Of a stretch of 64,000 nucleotides of DNA, positions 20,550-31,364 are shown piece after piece. The notes beneath the pieces are model-generated. The model did not search any database, was not told the origin of the DNA, and worked only from the letters and a program-made list of their open reading frames with translations. The position numbers and the translations under genes were made by a program. This DNA comes from Theionarchaea archaeon (GTDB lineage: Archaea; Methanobacteriota_B; Thermococci; Methanofastidiosales; SZ-28-30). The stretch lies in assembly GCA_018992685.1 (NCBI GenBank), contig JACVGT010000031.1, forward strand, positions 11,631 to 75,630. The letters are read 5' to 3'. Position 1 is the stretch's first letter. Each line of letters starts with the position of its first letter.

Positions 20550-20681
20550 TCAGTCTTGGGCCAGACTCTCCACAAGGTTTAACCGCTCTCCTTCCTCGAG
20601 GATCATCAGATTGCCACAGTGTGAGCACCTGAGGGCTTTCCTCTTCTTTCCGTCTATCATTACTTCTTCTACTTTCGCCAT
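20550..20681 (-). CDS. 43-aa small protein with one CxxC
   Basis: Not in the track. MAKVEEVMIDGKKRKALRCSHCGNLMILEEGERLNLVESLAQD; GGAGGT SD and a TATATATA box upstream. Confidence 0.7.
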   Translation of the reverse strand: MAKVEEVMIDGKKRKALRCSHCGNLMILEEGERLNLVESLAQD

Positions 20682-20892
20682 TAAATACCTCCTGGAAACT
20701 TGAACTCTGAACGTTCTTATCTTTCAGTTGGCTATATATATATTTCGGTCTACTTGGAATATTTCCAAACAAGAAGTGGTAGATTTGCTTACATGAGGGA
20801 GAAAGGGGAAGATTAGCCTCCATTTCTCCAGAGGTTCTCTCTCTTCTTCAGGTGAGGGGAACGTATTTATGGCAACCCTGTAAGAGATACCC

Positions 20893-21444
20893 ATGAAAAC
20901 AGTTCGACCTCCCGAAATTGTGTTGTACCCCAGCAGCGTTGTTCTCGTTACCTCATCTTACCAGGGTAAAGACAATATTATCACACTTGCATGGATTTCT
21001 ACAGCGTGTTTTGACCCTCCTCTGGTGGCCTGTGCCATCAGAGACACCCGATATTCTCACGGACTGATCAAGAACAGCAAGGAATTCGTTCTCAATATAC
21101 CGTCTGAGAACCTGGTTCGAGAAACGGATTACTGCGGACAAGTATCAGGAAGAACGGTGGACAAATTTGCCGCGTGCAAGTTCACCCGGCTTCCAGGATC
21201 CAAGGTCAAAGCCCCGCTCATACAGGAATGCCCTGTCAACATTGAGTGCACGGTGACTCAAATTGTTCATCTAGGCACGCATGACCTGTTCATTGGGGAA
21301 GTGGTAGCTGTGGATGCTGACGAAGATGTGGTAGAAGAGAATAGCATATCCTTTGAGAAGCTGAGGCCCCTTGCTTACACTAGTGGTGACTACTGGACCC
21401 TGGGGAATTCTGTGGGGAAGTACGGGTTCTCAAAGAAGTCCTGA
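20893..21444 (+). CDS. Flavin reductase-like (flavoredoxin) protein
   Basis: EFVLNIP, CGQVSGR..DKF, APLIQECPVNIEC, GTHDLFIGEV. Confidence 0.93.
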   Translation: MKTVRPPEIVLYPSSVVLVTSSYQGKDNIITLAWISTACFDPPLVACAIRDTRYSHGLIKNSKEFVLNIPSENLVRETDYCGQVSGRTVDKFAACKFTRLPGSKVKAPLIQECPVNIECTVTQIVHLGTHDLFIGEVVAVDADEDVVEENSISFEKLRPLAYTSGDYWTLGNSVGKYGFSKKS

Positions 21445-22168
21445 GCCATTGCAGGGAAGCATTGATCTCCTCTGGCGTGTCGTGGGGAGCTTCCAGGGTG
21501 TAAGCACCTTCATATCCGGATTTGGAAATGGTAGAGAAAATGGGTGGGAAATCGAGGGTTCCGTCCAGGGGCTTGAGGTACCTCCTCTTCCCGTCAAGAA
21601 TCCACTGACCATCATAATCTCTCACATGAACATTGTTGATACGGGATGAAAAGGTCAAGACCTCGTCCAGACAGTTGTACTTGCTGGTGTATTCCAGGTC
21701 AATGGTGAAGAAAGGACTTTCCAGATTTCTGTGAAGAAAAGAGGCCGCATAGGGAATTTCAATTGCTATGTGAGGGATCAGTTCAATGCTGAGTGTGAGA
21801 GAGCACCCTTCAGCGTAATACTCAAGAGAATTCAGAAGGGACACCAGGCGTCTCAGGTCTAAAGACTCATTCAAGGAGTTATATGCATGAAGGACGAGTG
21901 TAGTAGCTCCCACCCTGTGAGCTATGTCAATATCCTGAATGACCAGATCCTTTCCTTTGTCGGGGTCCTCTTCCAGGATGATACATGAGTGCTTTGATCC
22001 ATGTACAGAAAAAAAAGGGTAGCCATTGAATATGGTTGAAACCTCCTTCTTATTCCATGCATTGAAGAGGAATAACTCGAAATGGTCAGTATCCAGGTGA
22101 GATAGAAAAGGCTCTACTGTTTCAGGCTCGCGCCGTGGTATGCAGCAGGTGGAACAGCTAACTATCAT
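21380..22168 (-). CDS. Sugar-phosphate isomerase/epimerase-like TIM barrel
   Basis: SVH, VLH, IE, TIDLEY, NVHVRD, LE metal-site pattern. Confidence 0.8.
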   Translation of the reverse strand: MIVSCSTCCIPRREPETVEPFLSHLDTDHFELFLFNAWNKKEVSTIFNGYPFFSVHGSKHSCIILEEDPDKGKDLVIQDIDIAHRVGATTLVLHAYNSLNESLDLRRLVSLLNSLEYYAEGCSLTLSIELIPHIAIEIPYAASFLHRNLESPFFTIDLEYTSKYNCLDEVLTFSSRINNVHVRDYDGQWILDGKRRYLKPLDGTLDFPPIFSTISKSGYEGAYTLEAPHDTPEEINASLQWLRTSLRTRTSPQNSPGSSSHH

Positions 22169-22332
22169 GCTGCCAGAAAGACATAGAGATATAAGAACCT
22201 TTCACGAAATGTGAGATCTGCTGCTGCAGGGGATGGACGGTACACCGTGGTACAGTTCACTTGATCGCTCTGTGTCCTCAACATCCGTTCTGTAACCAAG
22301 GCTTTTTTAACCAGTATACCATTAGGTCATCC

Positions 22333-24588
22333 ATGAAAGGGCTGATAATTCATCCAACATACAGAACTCACGGTGGAAAATCCTTTGTCCATTTGTATGG
22401 CAGATTGGAAAATGGGGAATCGTTCCTGGCTATCAATGAATTTCGCCCTTATTTCTACATTAAGAGATCAGATTTGAATACAGCCCTCAATGTAGAGCCA
22501 CTTGAATTCAAGGAGACGGATATGAAGACATTTTCAGGAGACCCTGTGGTAAAAATCTTCACACAGTACCCCAAAGAGGTTGCTGATCTCAGGAGAATCC
22601 TGGAGAAGAGAGATATTGAATGTTATGAGGCTGATATCCGCTTTGCATACAGATTTCTCATTGATTGTGACATTAGAGGGTTCTGTGAAGTTGAAGGAGA
22701 ATACCGGCCAGGAGAGCGAGTGGATCGCATTTATGAGAACCCGCAGGTTTCTCCCGTTGAGCCCTGCGATATCCCGGTCACCACCCTTTCTCTTGACATT
22801 GAGGTAGATGAATCGACGGGGGAAATCGTTTGCGCCACACTGTATGATGGTGAATACTCCACGTTCTTGTTGAAACAGCACTGCGAACACGCAGTGACCT
22901 GCACCTCTGAAATAGAACTCCTGGGAAAGGTGAAAGAAGCATTACTGGCACGTGATCCTGATGTTATCACCGGGTGGAATGTGGTGGACTTTGACCTGAG
23001 GTACATACAGGACCGTTTCAGGCATTACAAGCTCACCTTTGATGCAGGAAGATCAGAAGCCTCCACCAGGTTCAGGGTTGAATCGTCATTTATCAGGGCA
23101 TCGAGGGCCACGATTGATGGAAGGATGGTCCTGGACGCCATGCATCTATTGAGGGATTTCTTCATAAAACTGGAAGACTACAAATTGGATACTGCAGGAA
23201 AGGCGATCCTGGGTGAGGGAAAAGTGGATATTGAAAAGGATATAGCCAAGGTGTGGAGAGAAACGCCTTCCCTTCTTGTGGAATACAACCAAAAGGACAC
23301 CAGACTTGTATATGACATTATTACTGAGAAACATCTCATTGAATTGACCACGAGAATGACAGGCATTACCGGGTTGCAGTTGGACAGGGTGAAAGCTGCC
23401 ATTGCTTCCCTGGACTCATTATACCTGAGAGAGTCTCAGAAGAGGGGAATCGTGTGCCCTTCAGTATCAGGAGGGAGCAGGAAGCGAGTAACTGGTGGGC
23501 TGGTACAGGAACCCAGGTATGGCATATACGAGTATGTGCTCCTCTTTGATTTCAAGAGTCTGTACCCCTCTATCATGGCCACCTTCAACATCGATCCCCT
23601 GACTTATACGGAAAAGGAAACGGCCATCAAAGCGCCCAATGGGGCATTCTTCCTGGAAGAGCCAGGCATTCTCCCGGAGATCATTTTAACTCTGCTAAGA
23701 AGGAGAGGCCAGGCCGTAATCTATGAGGAACAGTACGCTATCAAAATCATCATGAATTCTCTGTTCGGTGTCCTGGGGAACCCCAATTGCAGGTTTTACA
23801 ATTCCAGAATTGCCAACGCTATCACATCTTTCGGGCGGTATTTTCTGGAAGAAACCACAGAAAAAGTCGAAGCCATGAATTATGAGGTCATTTACGGGGA
23901 TACTGATTCTGTATTTGTTGTCTCCAGGGCAGAATCCATGGAGGAGGCAACAACAATGGGACAGACCATTGAAAGGACTATCAATGAATTCTACGATGGA
24001 TACGTCGAGGAGAACTACGGCAGGACGAACTATCTCGAACTGGAGCTGGAGCAGGCCTATCAGAAATTCTTGCTGCCCAGACAGCGTCACGTCAAGAAAG
24101 GGGCAAAAAAACGGTATGCAGGGTATCACAATGGGGACATTGACATTGTGGGATTGGAGTACGTGAGGAGGGACTGGACAGAACTGGCAAAAGAGTTCCA
24201 GTATGCTCTGTTGAGAAAAGTGTTTACGGGTGAGAATTTCGAAGAATACATCAGAAAAACAGTTAAAGACCTGAAAGCTGGAAGGTTGGACCATCTTCTC
24301 ATCTACAAGAAAGGTGTGAGGAAGGGTCTGGGTGAATATACCAAGACCACGCCTCCCCACGTTAAGGCAGCCCGCAAGATGGATGGGTTCTCAGAAAGGA
24401 TCATCTCATACGTGATGACCAAACGAGGTCCTGAACCAGTGGAGAATAATCCTAGCCGTATTGACTATGATCATTATGTGGAAAAACAGCTCAAACCCAT
24501 AGCTAACAGCATTCTGCACTTTTATGATAGGAGTTTTTCCGATGTGGTCACGGGGCAACGGCAAACAAGTCTTGAACACTTCATGTGA
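22333..24588 (+). CDS. polB: Family B DNA polymerase (Pol II-like) with 3'-5' exonuclease and C-terminal PIP box
   Basis: SLDIE, GWNVVDFD, YNQKD, DFKSLYPS, KIIMNSLFG, YGDTDS, KKRYAG; ends QTSLEHFM. Confidence 0.95.
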   Translation: MKGLIIHPTYRTHGGKSFVHLYGRLENGESFLAINEFRPYFYIKRSDLNTALNVEPLEFKETDMKTFSGDPVVKIFTQYPKEVADLRRILEKRDIECYEADIRFAYRFLIDCDIRGFCEVEGEYRPGERVDRIYENPQVSPVEPCDIPVTTLSLDIEVDESTGEIVCATLYDGEYSTFLLKQHCEHAVTCTSEIELLGKVKEALLARDPDVITGWNVVDFDLRYIQDRFRHYKLTFDAGRSEASTRFRVESSFIRASRATIDGRMVLDAMHLLRDFFIKLEDYKLDTAGKAILGEGKVDIEKDIAKVWRETPSLLVEYNQKDTRLVYDIITEKHLIELTTRMTGITGLQLDRVKAAIASLDSLYLRESQKRGIVCPSVSGGSRKRVTGGLVQEPRYGIYEYVLLFDFKSLYPSIMATFNIDPLTYTEKETAIKAPNGAFFLEEPGILPEIILTLLRRRGQAVIYEEQYAIKIIMNSLFGVLGNPNCRFYNSRIANAITSFGRYFLEETTEKVEAMNYEVIYGDTDSVFVVSRAESMEEATTMGQTIERTINEFYDGYVEENYGRTNYLELELEQAYQKFLLPRQRHVKKGAKKRYAGYHNGDIDIVGLEYVRRDWTELAKEFQYALLRKVFTGENFEEYIRKTVKDLKAGRLDHLLIYKKGVRKGLGEYTKTTPPHVKAARKMDGFSERIISYVMTKRGPEPVENNPSRIDYDHYVEKQLKPIANSILHFYDRSFSDVVTGQRQTSLEHFM

Positions 24589-24765
24589 TGATAAGAGGAT
24601 GTCCTCCTTGCAGACGCTGTGCTTCCTGCACCTGCCTGTAGGTTGCTGGAGCAAATGCACATTATGGGCTCATTTCTCATCAACAGCATTGAAAAGCACC
24701 TGATTTCCGTTTTGGACAAGTGTCCCCGGAAACCTTTATAAGTCATAGACTCCGCCTTCTCACTT

Positions 24766-26646
24766 ATGAAACGAACCTACATTGTGTGTTTCATCCTACT
24801 ATTCTCTTTATGGACGCCACTGCATGCTGAGGACCAGCATCAGGCCACCATTACGGCGCCTGCTGTGGAACGGACAGCTGATGGGTTGCGGGGAGTCCTC
24901 TCTTACATGACTGTGGTCACCCAGCAAGGATCAGGACACATCTATATCGATACCTGGCCCTTGGCTGAAGTGGATATTCAAGGCTCAGCGCGGCTGGCGG
25001 TGCAGGTCGCCTGTGATGTTGTCCACAAGAACTGGGAGCATTATGACTTCTTCATCACGGTACGCAGTGATTCACCCATCATTGGAGGCCCTTCAGCAGG
25101 AGGAGCCATGACAGTCGCAATCATTGCTTCCTTACAAGGATGGGAACTCAGCAGTGACGTTGTGATGTCTGGCACTATTAACCCTGATGAAACAGTCGGG
25201 CCTGTAGGGGGATTGTACCAGAAAGCTCAGGCCGCCTCTGAGATCGCTCATACCTTCCTGGTCCCTGATGGTCAAACCACTATTGTGGTGGAAGAACAGA
25301 CAACAAGAACGCAGGGTCCATTCACCTATATTACCACCAGTCAGAAGCAACTGGATCTCGTGGAGGAAGGAAAGGCCATGGGGCTCCAGGTGAAAGAGGT
25401 GTATGATATCAGAGAAGCAGTCTACTATTTCACGGGGCAAGAGATTGAAACTTCCCAGGTGGAAGCTGAACCCATTAAAGCTGATTTTATGAAACCCTAT
25501 GCACAGCAACAGGTGGATGGAATAGAAAATGAGTATGAATCAGTAACCGACAGTGTTCAGGAATACACTGGGCCTTATAAGAGTGACCTCCAGCGGGTGC
25601 TGGAGTCTGCACAGGAACAGATTACGTATGCACACACAGCCTACGACTCTGGTAGCTATTACACCTCCGTGAGTGCCTGTTATGTGGCAGGACTGTACAT
25701 CACGTACGCACAGAATCTGTTGCTGTACTTTGAAAATCAATCAGTGGAGGAAATTTTCTCAGACCTCACCCGTGAGATCGATATTGTGTACACCAAGACG
25801 ACTGAAGCACGTCCGCGCGGGATGACTGCTCTCCAGTGTATTGCCACTGCACAGAACCGCATCTTCGAAGCACGAGAGTATGTGAAAAGAGCCCAGGCGC
25901 AACAATCAACCTCTGGCCAGATTGAATATGCTTCATACGCCGAAAGACGAAAGGAAAGTGCTGAATTCTGGCTCGAACTTGCCAGTGAATACCAGGAAGG
26001 GAGCGAGATAAGCCAGGATGCGTTGCGTAATGCTGCGTCTTCCATGTTGAATACGGCAGAGCTTTCTCTGGTGTATGCCTCATCAATCCTATCAGCAGGT
26101 GACCTTCTGAGTGAGGCCCAGTCCAGGCTGCAGACTTCGCAGGAGCAGTTCGTGGAAGAAGTGTATGCCGCTTCCCTGTTTTCGGCTGTGGAAAGCAGAG
26201 TCTACTGTGAAGTAGCTTTGATCTCATATTCTGCTCAGAAGGAAGCTCTCGTCCAGAAAGTGGAGAGAGCTCGAGAACGTGCCACTAAGGCCATTGAAAC
26301 GTCCCGACAGCAGGGTACTGAACCTGTACTAGCAGTGAGTTACTATGAACTTACACAATCCCTTGATGAAGCGACGCAGTCTTTGATCTATCTCGGGTAT
26401 GCTGAGGAGGTTGCCTCAATGGCTGAGTACATTGACACACAGCCCTCCGTTCCAATGGTCACAGGAGAACCTGCACGAGAACCCCTCACTCCAGGGTCTG
26501 GTACAGAATCATCAACTCCAGAACCGTCAGAACATGAGGCTGCACAGCAGAATGGCGGTCTTGTGGAAGCTCTTGGGATCCTGGGAGCAGGAATAGTAAT
26601 TGGAATACTTGGTTCCTGGCTGGTGACAAAGTCAGTTCACAGGTAA
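24766..26646 (+). CDS. Secreted, membrane-anchored S16 (Lon-like) serine protease (COG1750)
   Basis: Signal peptide, GGPSAG, SGTINPD..VGPVGG..QK, C-terminal TM. Confidence 0.9.
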   Translation: MKRTYIVCFILLFSLWTPLHAEDQHQATITAPAVERTADGLRGVLSYMTVVTQQGSGHIYIDTWPLAEVDIQGSARLAVQVACDVVHKNWEHYDFFITVRSDSPIIGGPSAGGAMTVAIIASLQGWELSSDVVMSGTINPDETVGPVGGLYQKAQAASEIAHTFLVPDGQTTIVVEEQTTRTQGPFTYITTSQKQLDLVEEGKAMGLQVKEVYDIREAVYYFTGQEIETSQVEAEPIKADFMKPYAQQQVDGIENEYESVTDSVQEYTGPYKSDLQRVLESAQEQITYAHTAYDSGSYYTSVSACYVAGLYITYAQNLLLYFENQSVEEIFSDLTREIDIVYTKTTEARPRGMTALQCIATAQNRIFEAREYVKRAQAQQSTSGQIEYASYAERRKESAEFWLELASEYQEGSEISQDALRNAASSMLNTAELSLVYASSILSAGDLLSEAQSRLQTSQEQFVEEVYAASLFSAVESRVYCEVALISYSAQKEALVQKVERARERATKAIETSRQQGTEPVLAVSYYELTQSLDEATQSLIYLGYAEEVASMAEYIDTQPSVPMVTGEPAREPLTPGSGTESSTPEPSEHEAAQQNGGLVEALGILGAGIVIGILGSWLVTKSVHR

Positions 26647-26945
26647 TGGTTGCCGTGCACTGTGAATTACCACTTCAGATTCTCCTTTTTTCTGTTTTGT
26701 TTCAGCACTAGGATTTCAGGGGTTGACGTTTTCCTCACGAGAGTGGGGGTTGGGTTTACACTAAATGCTGCACACCAAATGATTAAATCATAGAATGTTC
26801 CAAGAGAGACGGAAGTGAGATTGAAGCCCGATCTCGAGGTTGAACGGGGGCAATAGTTCGAGTTCTTGGGGATGGCTCTCCCTCACTTCCCTCGACCAAA
26901 AATCTGGCGTGTGGCTCAATGAACTGATCAAAGAAATGGAGAGGA

Positions 26946-28049
26946 TTACTCCATAGATTCAAACCTGTTCTTGAGTTTCTCCAGCACTTTGGGGAGAGTA
27001 GTATACTCCATATCTTCCTGCGGCAGCCTGTGTGGCTCAAACGGACCGTGCCTGCGCATGTACTCTGCAATCTTCTGGGCTTTTTTCCTTGTCATGTCAA
27101 AGGCAGGATCGTCAAATAGGTCAACTGGCCCGATGAGGTTGCCGTTAGAACACTGGAATCCCAGGGCAACTACCCGAGGAGGTCCATCGAACCGGGTGCA
27201 GCGAGCATCTTTCTGCGCAACAGGCATGATGGGTCCATTGTGGCTTCCCCGCATCCATCCGGACACCAAGTGGGGGAAGGCAAAGGGTTCCAAGACTTCA
27301 CCCAATGCAGGCAATCCAGACTGAGACCTCACAATGGCTACAGGATCGTCCTTGCCCACGTACTCCCCTGCTATGAATGACAGCTTTTCTGTACTGATAC
27401 AGGCAACTGGTTCATCAGCAGGAAGTTTTCCCCCCTCTTTCGGGTACACTTTCTTTATCACGTATCGGGACTTTGCTCCGACCAAAGCCAGCATGTCGTA
27501 CAGTTCCTCAGGACAGGACATCATGACCTTCTTATGTTCTTTGATATCCCATATTTCAAATCTGAACCCCTGATGGAAAGAAGGATCAATGATCAACCCC
27601 GCAGTGTTAAAGGGATCTGCGAACATTCGAAATATGGGAAGGTTGAATGCTCCCGGTTCGGTTTTGTCCATCATGAACGTTACCACCGGTTCTGCTTTTC
27701 TTTCTGTAAACTCTATCTCTGCAATTCCAGGACCCATTCCCCGGATATTGCCTGAGAACGCATCTTTCAACAGATCCTGTCCTGCTCCATATAATTTAAG
27801 TTCTTTCGCCTTGTTGGCAGCTCTTTCAAACGTGTCCCAAGCCAGCTGATGAATCTTGTCCGAGTCCACCCCATGGTTGTGAGTCATGATCAACTCCAGG
27901 TCGTCGCCACAGTTGGTGACCACATAGTCTATGAGAAGGCTGGTTTCTTTCAATGCCTTTTCAGCTGTCTCAATCAGATCTGGATGAACAACAGCGTGTC
28001 CTGGACACGAGCCAACATCAGCCTTAATGAGAGATATGGTCGTTTTCAT
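26946..28049 (-). CDS. fbp: Fructose-1,6-bisphosphate aldolase/phosphatase (class V)
   Basis: IKADVG, GDDLEL, YGAGQDLL, DKTEPG, YVGKDDP, EYTT. Confidence 0.97.
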   Translation of the reverse strand: MKTTISLIKADVGSCPGHAVVHPDLIETAEKALKETSLLIDYVVTNCGDDLELIMTHNHGVDSDKIHQLAWDTFERAANKAKELKLYGAGQDLLKDAFSGNIRGMGPGIAEIEFTERKAEPVVTFMMDKTEPGAFNLPIFRMFADPFNTAGLIIDPSFHQGFRFEIWDIKEHKKVMMSCPEELYDMLALVGAKSRYVIKKVYPKEGGKLPADEPVACISTEKLSFIAGEYVGKDDPVAIVRSQSGLPALGEVLEPFAFPHLVSGWMRGSHNGPIMPVAQKDARCTRFDGPPRVVALGFQCSNGNLIGPVDLFDDPAFDMTRKKAQKIAEYMRRHGPFEPHRLPQEDMEYTTLPKVLEKLKNRFESME

Positions 28050-28361
28050 ATGTGCCTTACCTAGACTGGTAATATAAACCTTATGCATTGACATTGACAT
28101 AGGCATTGAGGACAGCAAGGTCAGTGGGATTATGGGAAGGCCTTCAGCTGCTCACGGGTGGCGTCATTGACGTTTGCAGTGGCGGACAGATTGTGCCCCT
28201 GAGTACTTGTGTATGTACCATGCTCTGATTTCACGTGCCTCGAGCATACTCTGCATTGAGAAACAGAATTGATACCGGTTCTTTCATCACGGTTCCATCT
28301 TTTACTCTGGAGAGAATGACCTGGAACGAGGCAGAAGCGGAGGAAGGGAAAAGAAGATAGA

Positions 28362-28820
28362 CTATCCCTGCATGATCTCAAGAATCTCAGAGATATCGGG
28401 GAGCTGAGACAGAGGATAGACCTTTACCGTGAGTACCTTCTGATCCTCGTCAAGTACTACATTTGCCCGTTCAGAAACCCCATCTTTCTCCCTGAATAGC
28501 CCATACTTTGCTGAGACTCCACCGTGGGGCCAGAAATCAGATAGAATCTGTATGTTCTTGATCCCAAGATGATCTGCCCAGGCCTTCTTACAGGGAACAC
28601 TATCCACACTGAGCCCACATGCCACTGCATGTATTCTCTCAAATTCTTGTGAGTTCTCTTCCAGAGACTTCATCTGTTCTGCACACACTTTTGTCCAGGC
28701 CAGAGGATGGAAGGACAAGAGAACCTTCTTCCCTCTGTAATCAGACAATCGTATCTCTTTCCCGTTCTGGTCATTCAACACAAAATCAGGCGCTTGATCG
28801 CCTGGGTTAACTAATGTCAT
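28362..28820 (-). CDS. Peroxiredoxin (AhpE-like)
   Basis: APDFVL, PLAWTKVC, SDFWPHG, SERA. Confidence 0.93.
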   Translation of the reverse strand: MTLVNPGDQAPDFVLNDQNGKEIRLSDYRGKKVLLSFHPLAWTKVCAEQMKSLEENSQEFERIHAVACGLSVDSVPCKKAWADHLGIKNIQILSDFWPHGGVSAKYGLFREKDGVSERANVVLDEDQKVLTVKVYPLSQLPDISEILEIMQG

Positions 28821-28824
28821 GACA

Positions 28825-29664
28825 TCACCTCACAGACAGCAAATTGCGTATTCTCCTCACCCTCTCCTCCCTGCTGAGAGAATCTTTTGCTGGATTCCTC
28901 TCTCCATACAATTCTCTGTGGTATACTGGCTTTTTCACTTCATAGAACACTCCGATGTACAAGGGGTCCTGGATCCGGGCTGTATCAATGGCCTCTCCCA
29001 GTTTGTCTGGTGTCTCCTCCAGCAGTTTCACCTTTTCATTATACAGCCTGTATGTATCATTATACGTCACACATGGCTGAAGCACCTCTACCAGGGAGAA
29101 TCCTTCATGTTCCACTGCCCTGACCAGCGTATCTGCCACATGGGGAATCTTTCCCGAATAGGTCCGCGCGACAAAGGTGCCCCCTGCCTCCAGGAGGAGA
29201 GCCAGAGGATTCAAGGGGTCTTCGACACTTCCTTCAGGTGTGGACCCTCCTTTGAATCCCTTTGTGCTGGTGGGCGTAAACTGGCCCGTTGTTAACCCGT
29301 ATACCTTGTTGTCATGAACGACCACAGTGATGTCTGCATTCCGCTTGGCAGCAAAGAGCACATGGGCCAAGCCTTCACCATATGCATCTCCATCACCTAC
29401 AAAGGTAATAACCTTTAGATCAGGATTGGCGAACTTCATGCCCTCCACAGTGGCCATGGATCTCCCGTGGATAGAATATAACCCACTGATCCTTAGGTAG
29501 TCAAAGATCTTCCCATGACATCCAATCCCAGCAGACATCATCAGTCTCTCTGTTCCAATCCCTTTCTCAGAGAGCATTTCCGCTGCCCTCTTCACTCCAT
29601 TTAATATTCCGAAGTTACCACACCCCGGGCACCAGGTGTTCTCCGCATATGTTCTGAGTTCCAC
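28825..29664 (-). CDS. 2-oxoacid:ferredoxin oxidoreductase beta subunit
   Basis: WCPGCG, GIGCH, GDGD...DN..YGLT.GQ..PT, QPC. Confidence 0.96.
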   Translation of the reverse strand: MELRTYAENTWCPGCGNFGILNGVKRAAEMLSEKGIGTERLMMSAGIGCHGKIFDYLRISGLYSIHGRSMATVEGMKFANPDLKVITFVGDGDAYGEGLAHVLFAAKRNADITVVVHDNKVYGLTTGQFTPTSTKGFKGGSTPEGSVEDPLNPLALLLEAGGTFVARTYSGKIPHVADTLVRAVEHEGFSLVEVLQPCVTYNDTYRLYNEKVKLLEETPDKLGEAIDTARIQDPLYIGVFYEVKKPVYHRELYGERNPAKDSLSREERVRRIRNLLSVR

Positions 29665-31319
29665 TATACCGCCTCCTTGATGGCCAGTGCCAGGTTCTGT
29701 GGATCGAAGGGTCTCCCATCATACTTCGCAATAACCAGGGAATCAACCTGGGCTTTCTCTTTCAGTAGCGTGGCAAACTGCCCTGTTGAACTCTGTTCCA
29801 CCACCACGGCCCTATCATATCCTGTGAATTCCCACACAGGAAACGGTCTCAAGTACACGGGCTGCACCACGGTTGCATCAATGTCCCCTGCCCTGAGCGC
29901 TTCCAGGACACTCATGGTAGTACTCCCATAGGTCATGATAACAGGATGTCCTGGATTATACACATTGACCGTCTTAATAGTCTTCAAATACTCGTGTAAC
30001 TTTGAAAGCTTCTTCTTTCTCTTGTCGTGCATGGCCACAATCTTCTCTGCTTTGTCCGAGGTTATGCCGAATTCGTCATGTTCATAGCTGTTCCATTTTA
30101 TCAGTTCAGATGACGGTGGGAACAACAACGGAGAGATCCCCGTTTCCGTAACTTCGTACCTCCTGTACTCACCCGAGTCGTGGGAGATAAAATCTGCCCA
30201 CACTGCCTTTTCTGGGTCAATATTGACAGTATGGCTGCTCTCTGAAAGGTGTCTGTCCAGAACCAGCGTCCCAGGAGTCTGAAATCTCCAGACCAACAGT
30301 AGGAGTTCTGCTGCTTTGTAGTAAGCTTCTTCAACACTCCCCGGTGCTACCACGATCCTGGGAAATTCCCCATGACCCTGGTTCACGGCAAACTCTAAGT
30401 CTCCCTGGTCAGTATAGGTAGGAACTCCTGTGGAAGGGCCGCTCCTGGAGGAGAGAACGAATACCACAGGTGCTTCAACCATTCCAGCCAAGGAGTACGT
30501 CTCTTCCATGAGGGCAAGCCCTCCTCCACTTGATCCCACCATGGTTTTTGCTCCAGCGAATGCAGCTCCCACTGCCATGTTGGCCACAGCTATCTCATTT
30601 TCGGGATGAATGGCCACAACCTGCAAATCACTCATGTGGGCTGCCAGAAAGTGAAGGATAGATGTGGAAGGAGTCATGGGATAGGCAAAGTACATGTCCA
30701 GTCCTGCACTGTATGCACCCAGTGCTGCTGCCTGATTGCCTGTCAGGGCGGATGACTGGTGTGTTCCTTTTTCCAGATGAAATTTCCCCAGAACCTCTGA
30801 GGGAATCAACTCGTAGATCGCCCTGGCATAGTCAGCATTCTTCTCTCTATCTCGAGGATACTCTTTCTTGATGATTTCTTCCGCCTGGTTCACAGGCATG
30901 CCAATGGCAGCGGCCAGCACTGTCACAGAACCCACACCCATTCTCAGTTCTGGATTGGGGGGATATTTTTTGGCTTCTGATTTCATAGGGATCCCTATCC
31001 CTCTGGCACCTTCTCCCACCTCGTCAGAATTATACACCACGACCCCTGTTGGCTTCACATGGGATTGATGTTCCAGATAACTCCTCTCGTCGTGAAGCAC
31101 CATGAGATCTGCTTCCATGTAGTGGCTGGTGATTGTATCTGCAGCTGTGCTCACCACTGAAAAATTGTGACCTCCCCTGATGAGACTCGGGTAATCATCC
31201 ATCTCAAAAGAAGCTCTGCCCATCCTAGTAAATATGCTCATGGCCACAGTTCCCGCTTTCTTGACACCTTCGCCTGCTCTACCGCCCACTAGATAGGTAA
31301 ATACTTCATTCTTCTTCAT
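29664..31319 (-). CDS. 2-oxoacid:ferredoxin oxidoreductase alpha subunit (gamma-alpha fusion)
   Basis: GRAGEG, YPSLIRGGH, AYPMTPS, ENEIA, SGGGLALM, GPSTG.PT. Confidence 0.96.
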   Translation of the reverse strand: MKKNEVFTYLVGGRAGEGVKKAGTVAMSIFTRMGRASFEMDDYPSLIRGGHNFSVVSTAADTITSHYMEADLMVLHDERSYLEHQSHVKPTGVVVYNSDEVGEGARGIGIPMKSEAKKYPPNPELRMGVGSVTVLAAAIGMPVNQAEEIIKKEYPRDREKNADYARAIYELIPSEVLGKFHLEKGTHQSSALTGNQAAALGAYSAGLDMYFAYPMTPSTSILHFLAAHMSDLQVVAIHPENEIAVANMAVGAAFAGAKTMVGSSGGGLALMEETYSLAGMVEAPVVFVLSSRSGPSTGVPTYTDQGDLEFAVNQGHGEFPRIVVAPGSVEEAYYKAAELLLLVWRFQTPGTLVLDRHLSESSHTVNIDPEKAVWADFISHDSGEYRRYEVTETGISPLLFPPSSELIKWNSYEHDEFGITSDKAEKIVAMHDKRKKKLSKLHEYLKTIKTVNVYNPGHPVIMTYGSTTMSVLEALRAGDIDATVVQPVYLRPFPVWEFTGYDRAVVVEQSSTGQFATLLKEKAQVDSLVIAKYDGRPFDPQNLALAIKEAV

Positions 31320-31364
31320 GGTATCACCATTCAAAAGGAAAGAAGTGTAGATGGAAGTTTTATG

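Noticed and set aside
21380-21444. 65-bp convergent overlap as antisense regulation
   Set aside because: It is more simply explained by a C-terminal extension of the TIM-barrel gene after loss of its stop codon.
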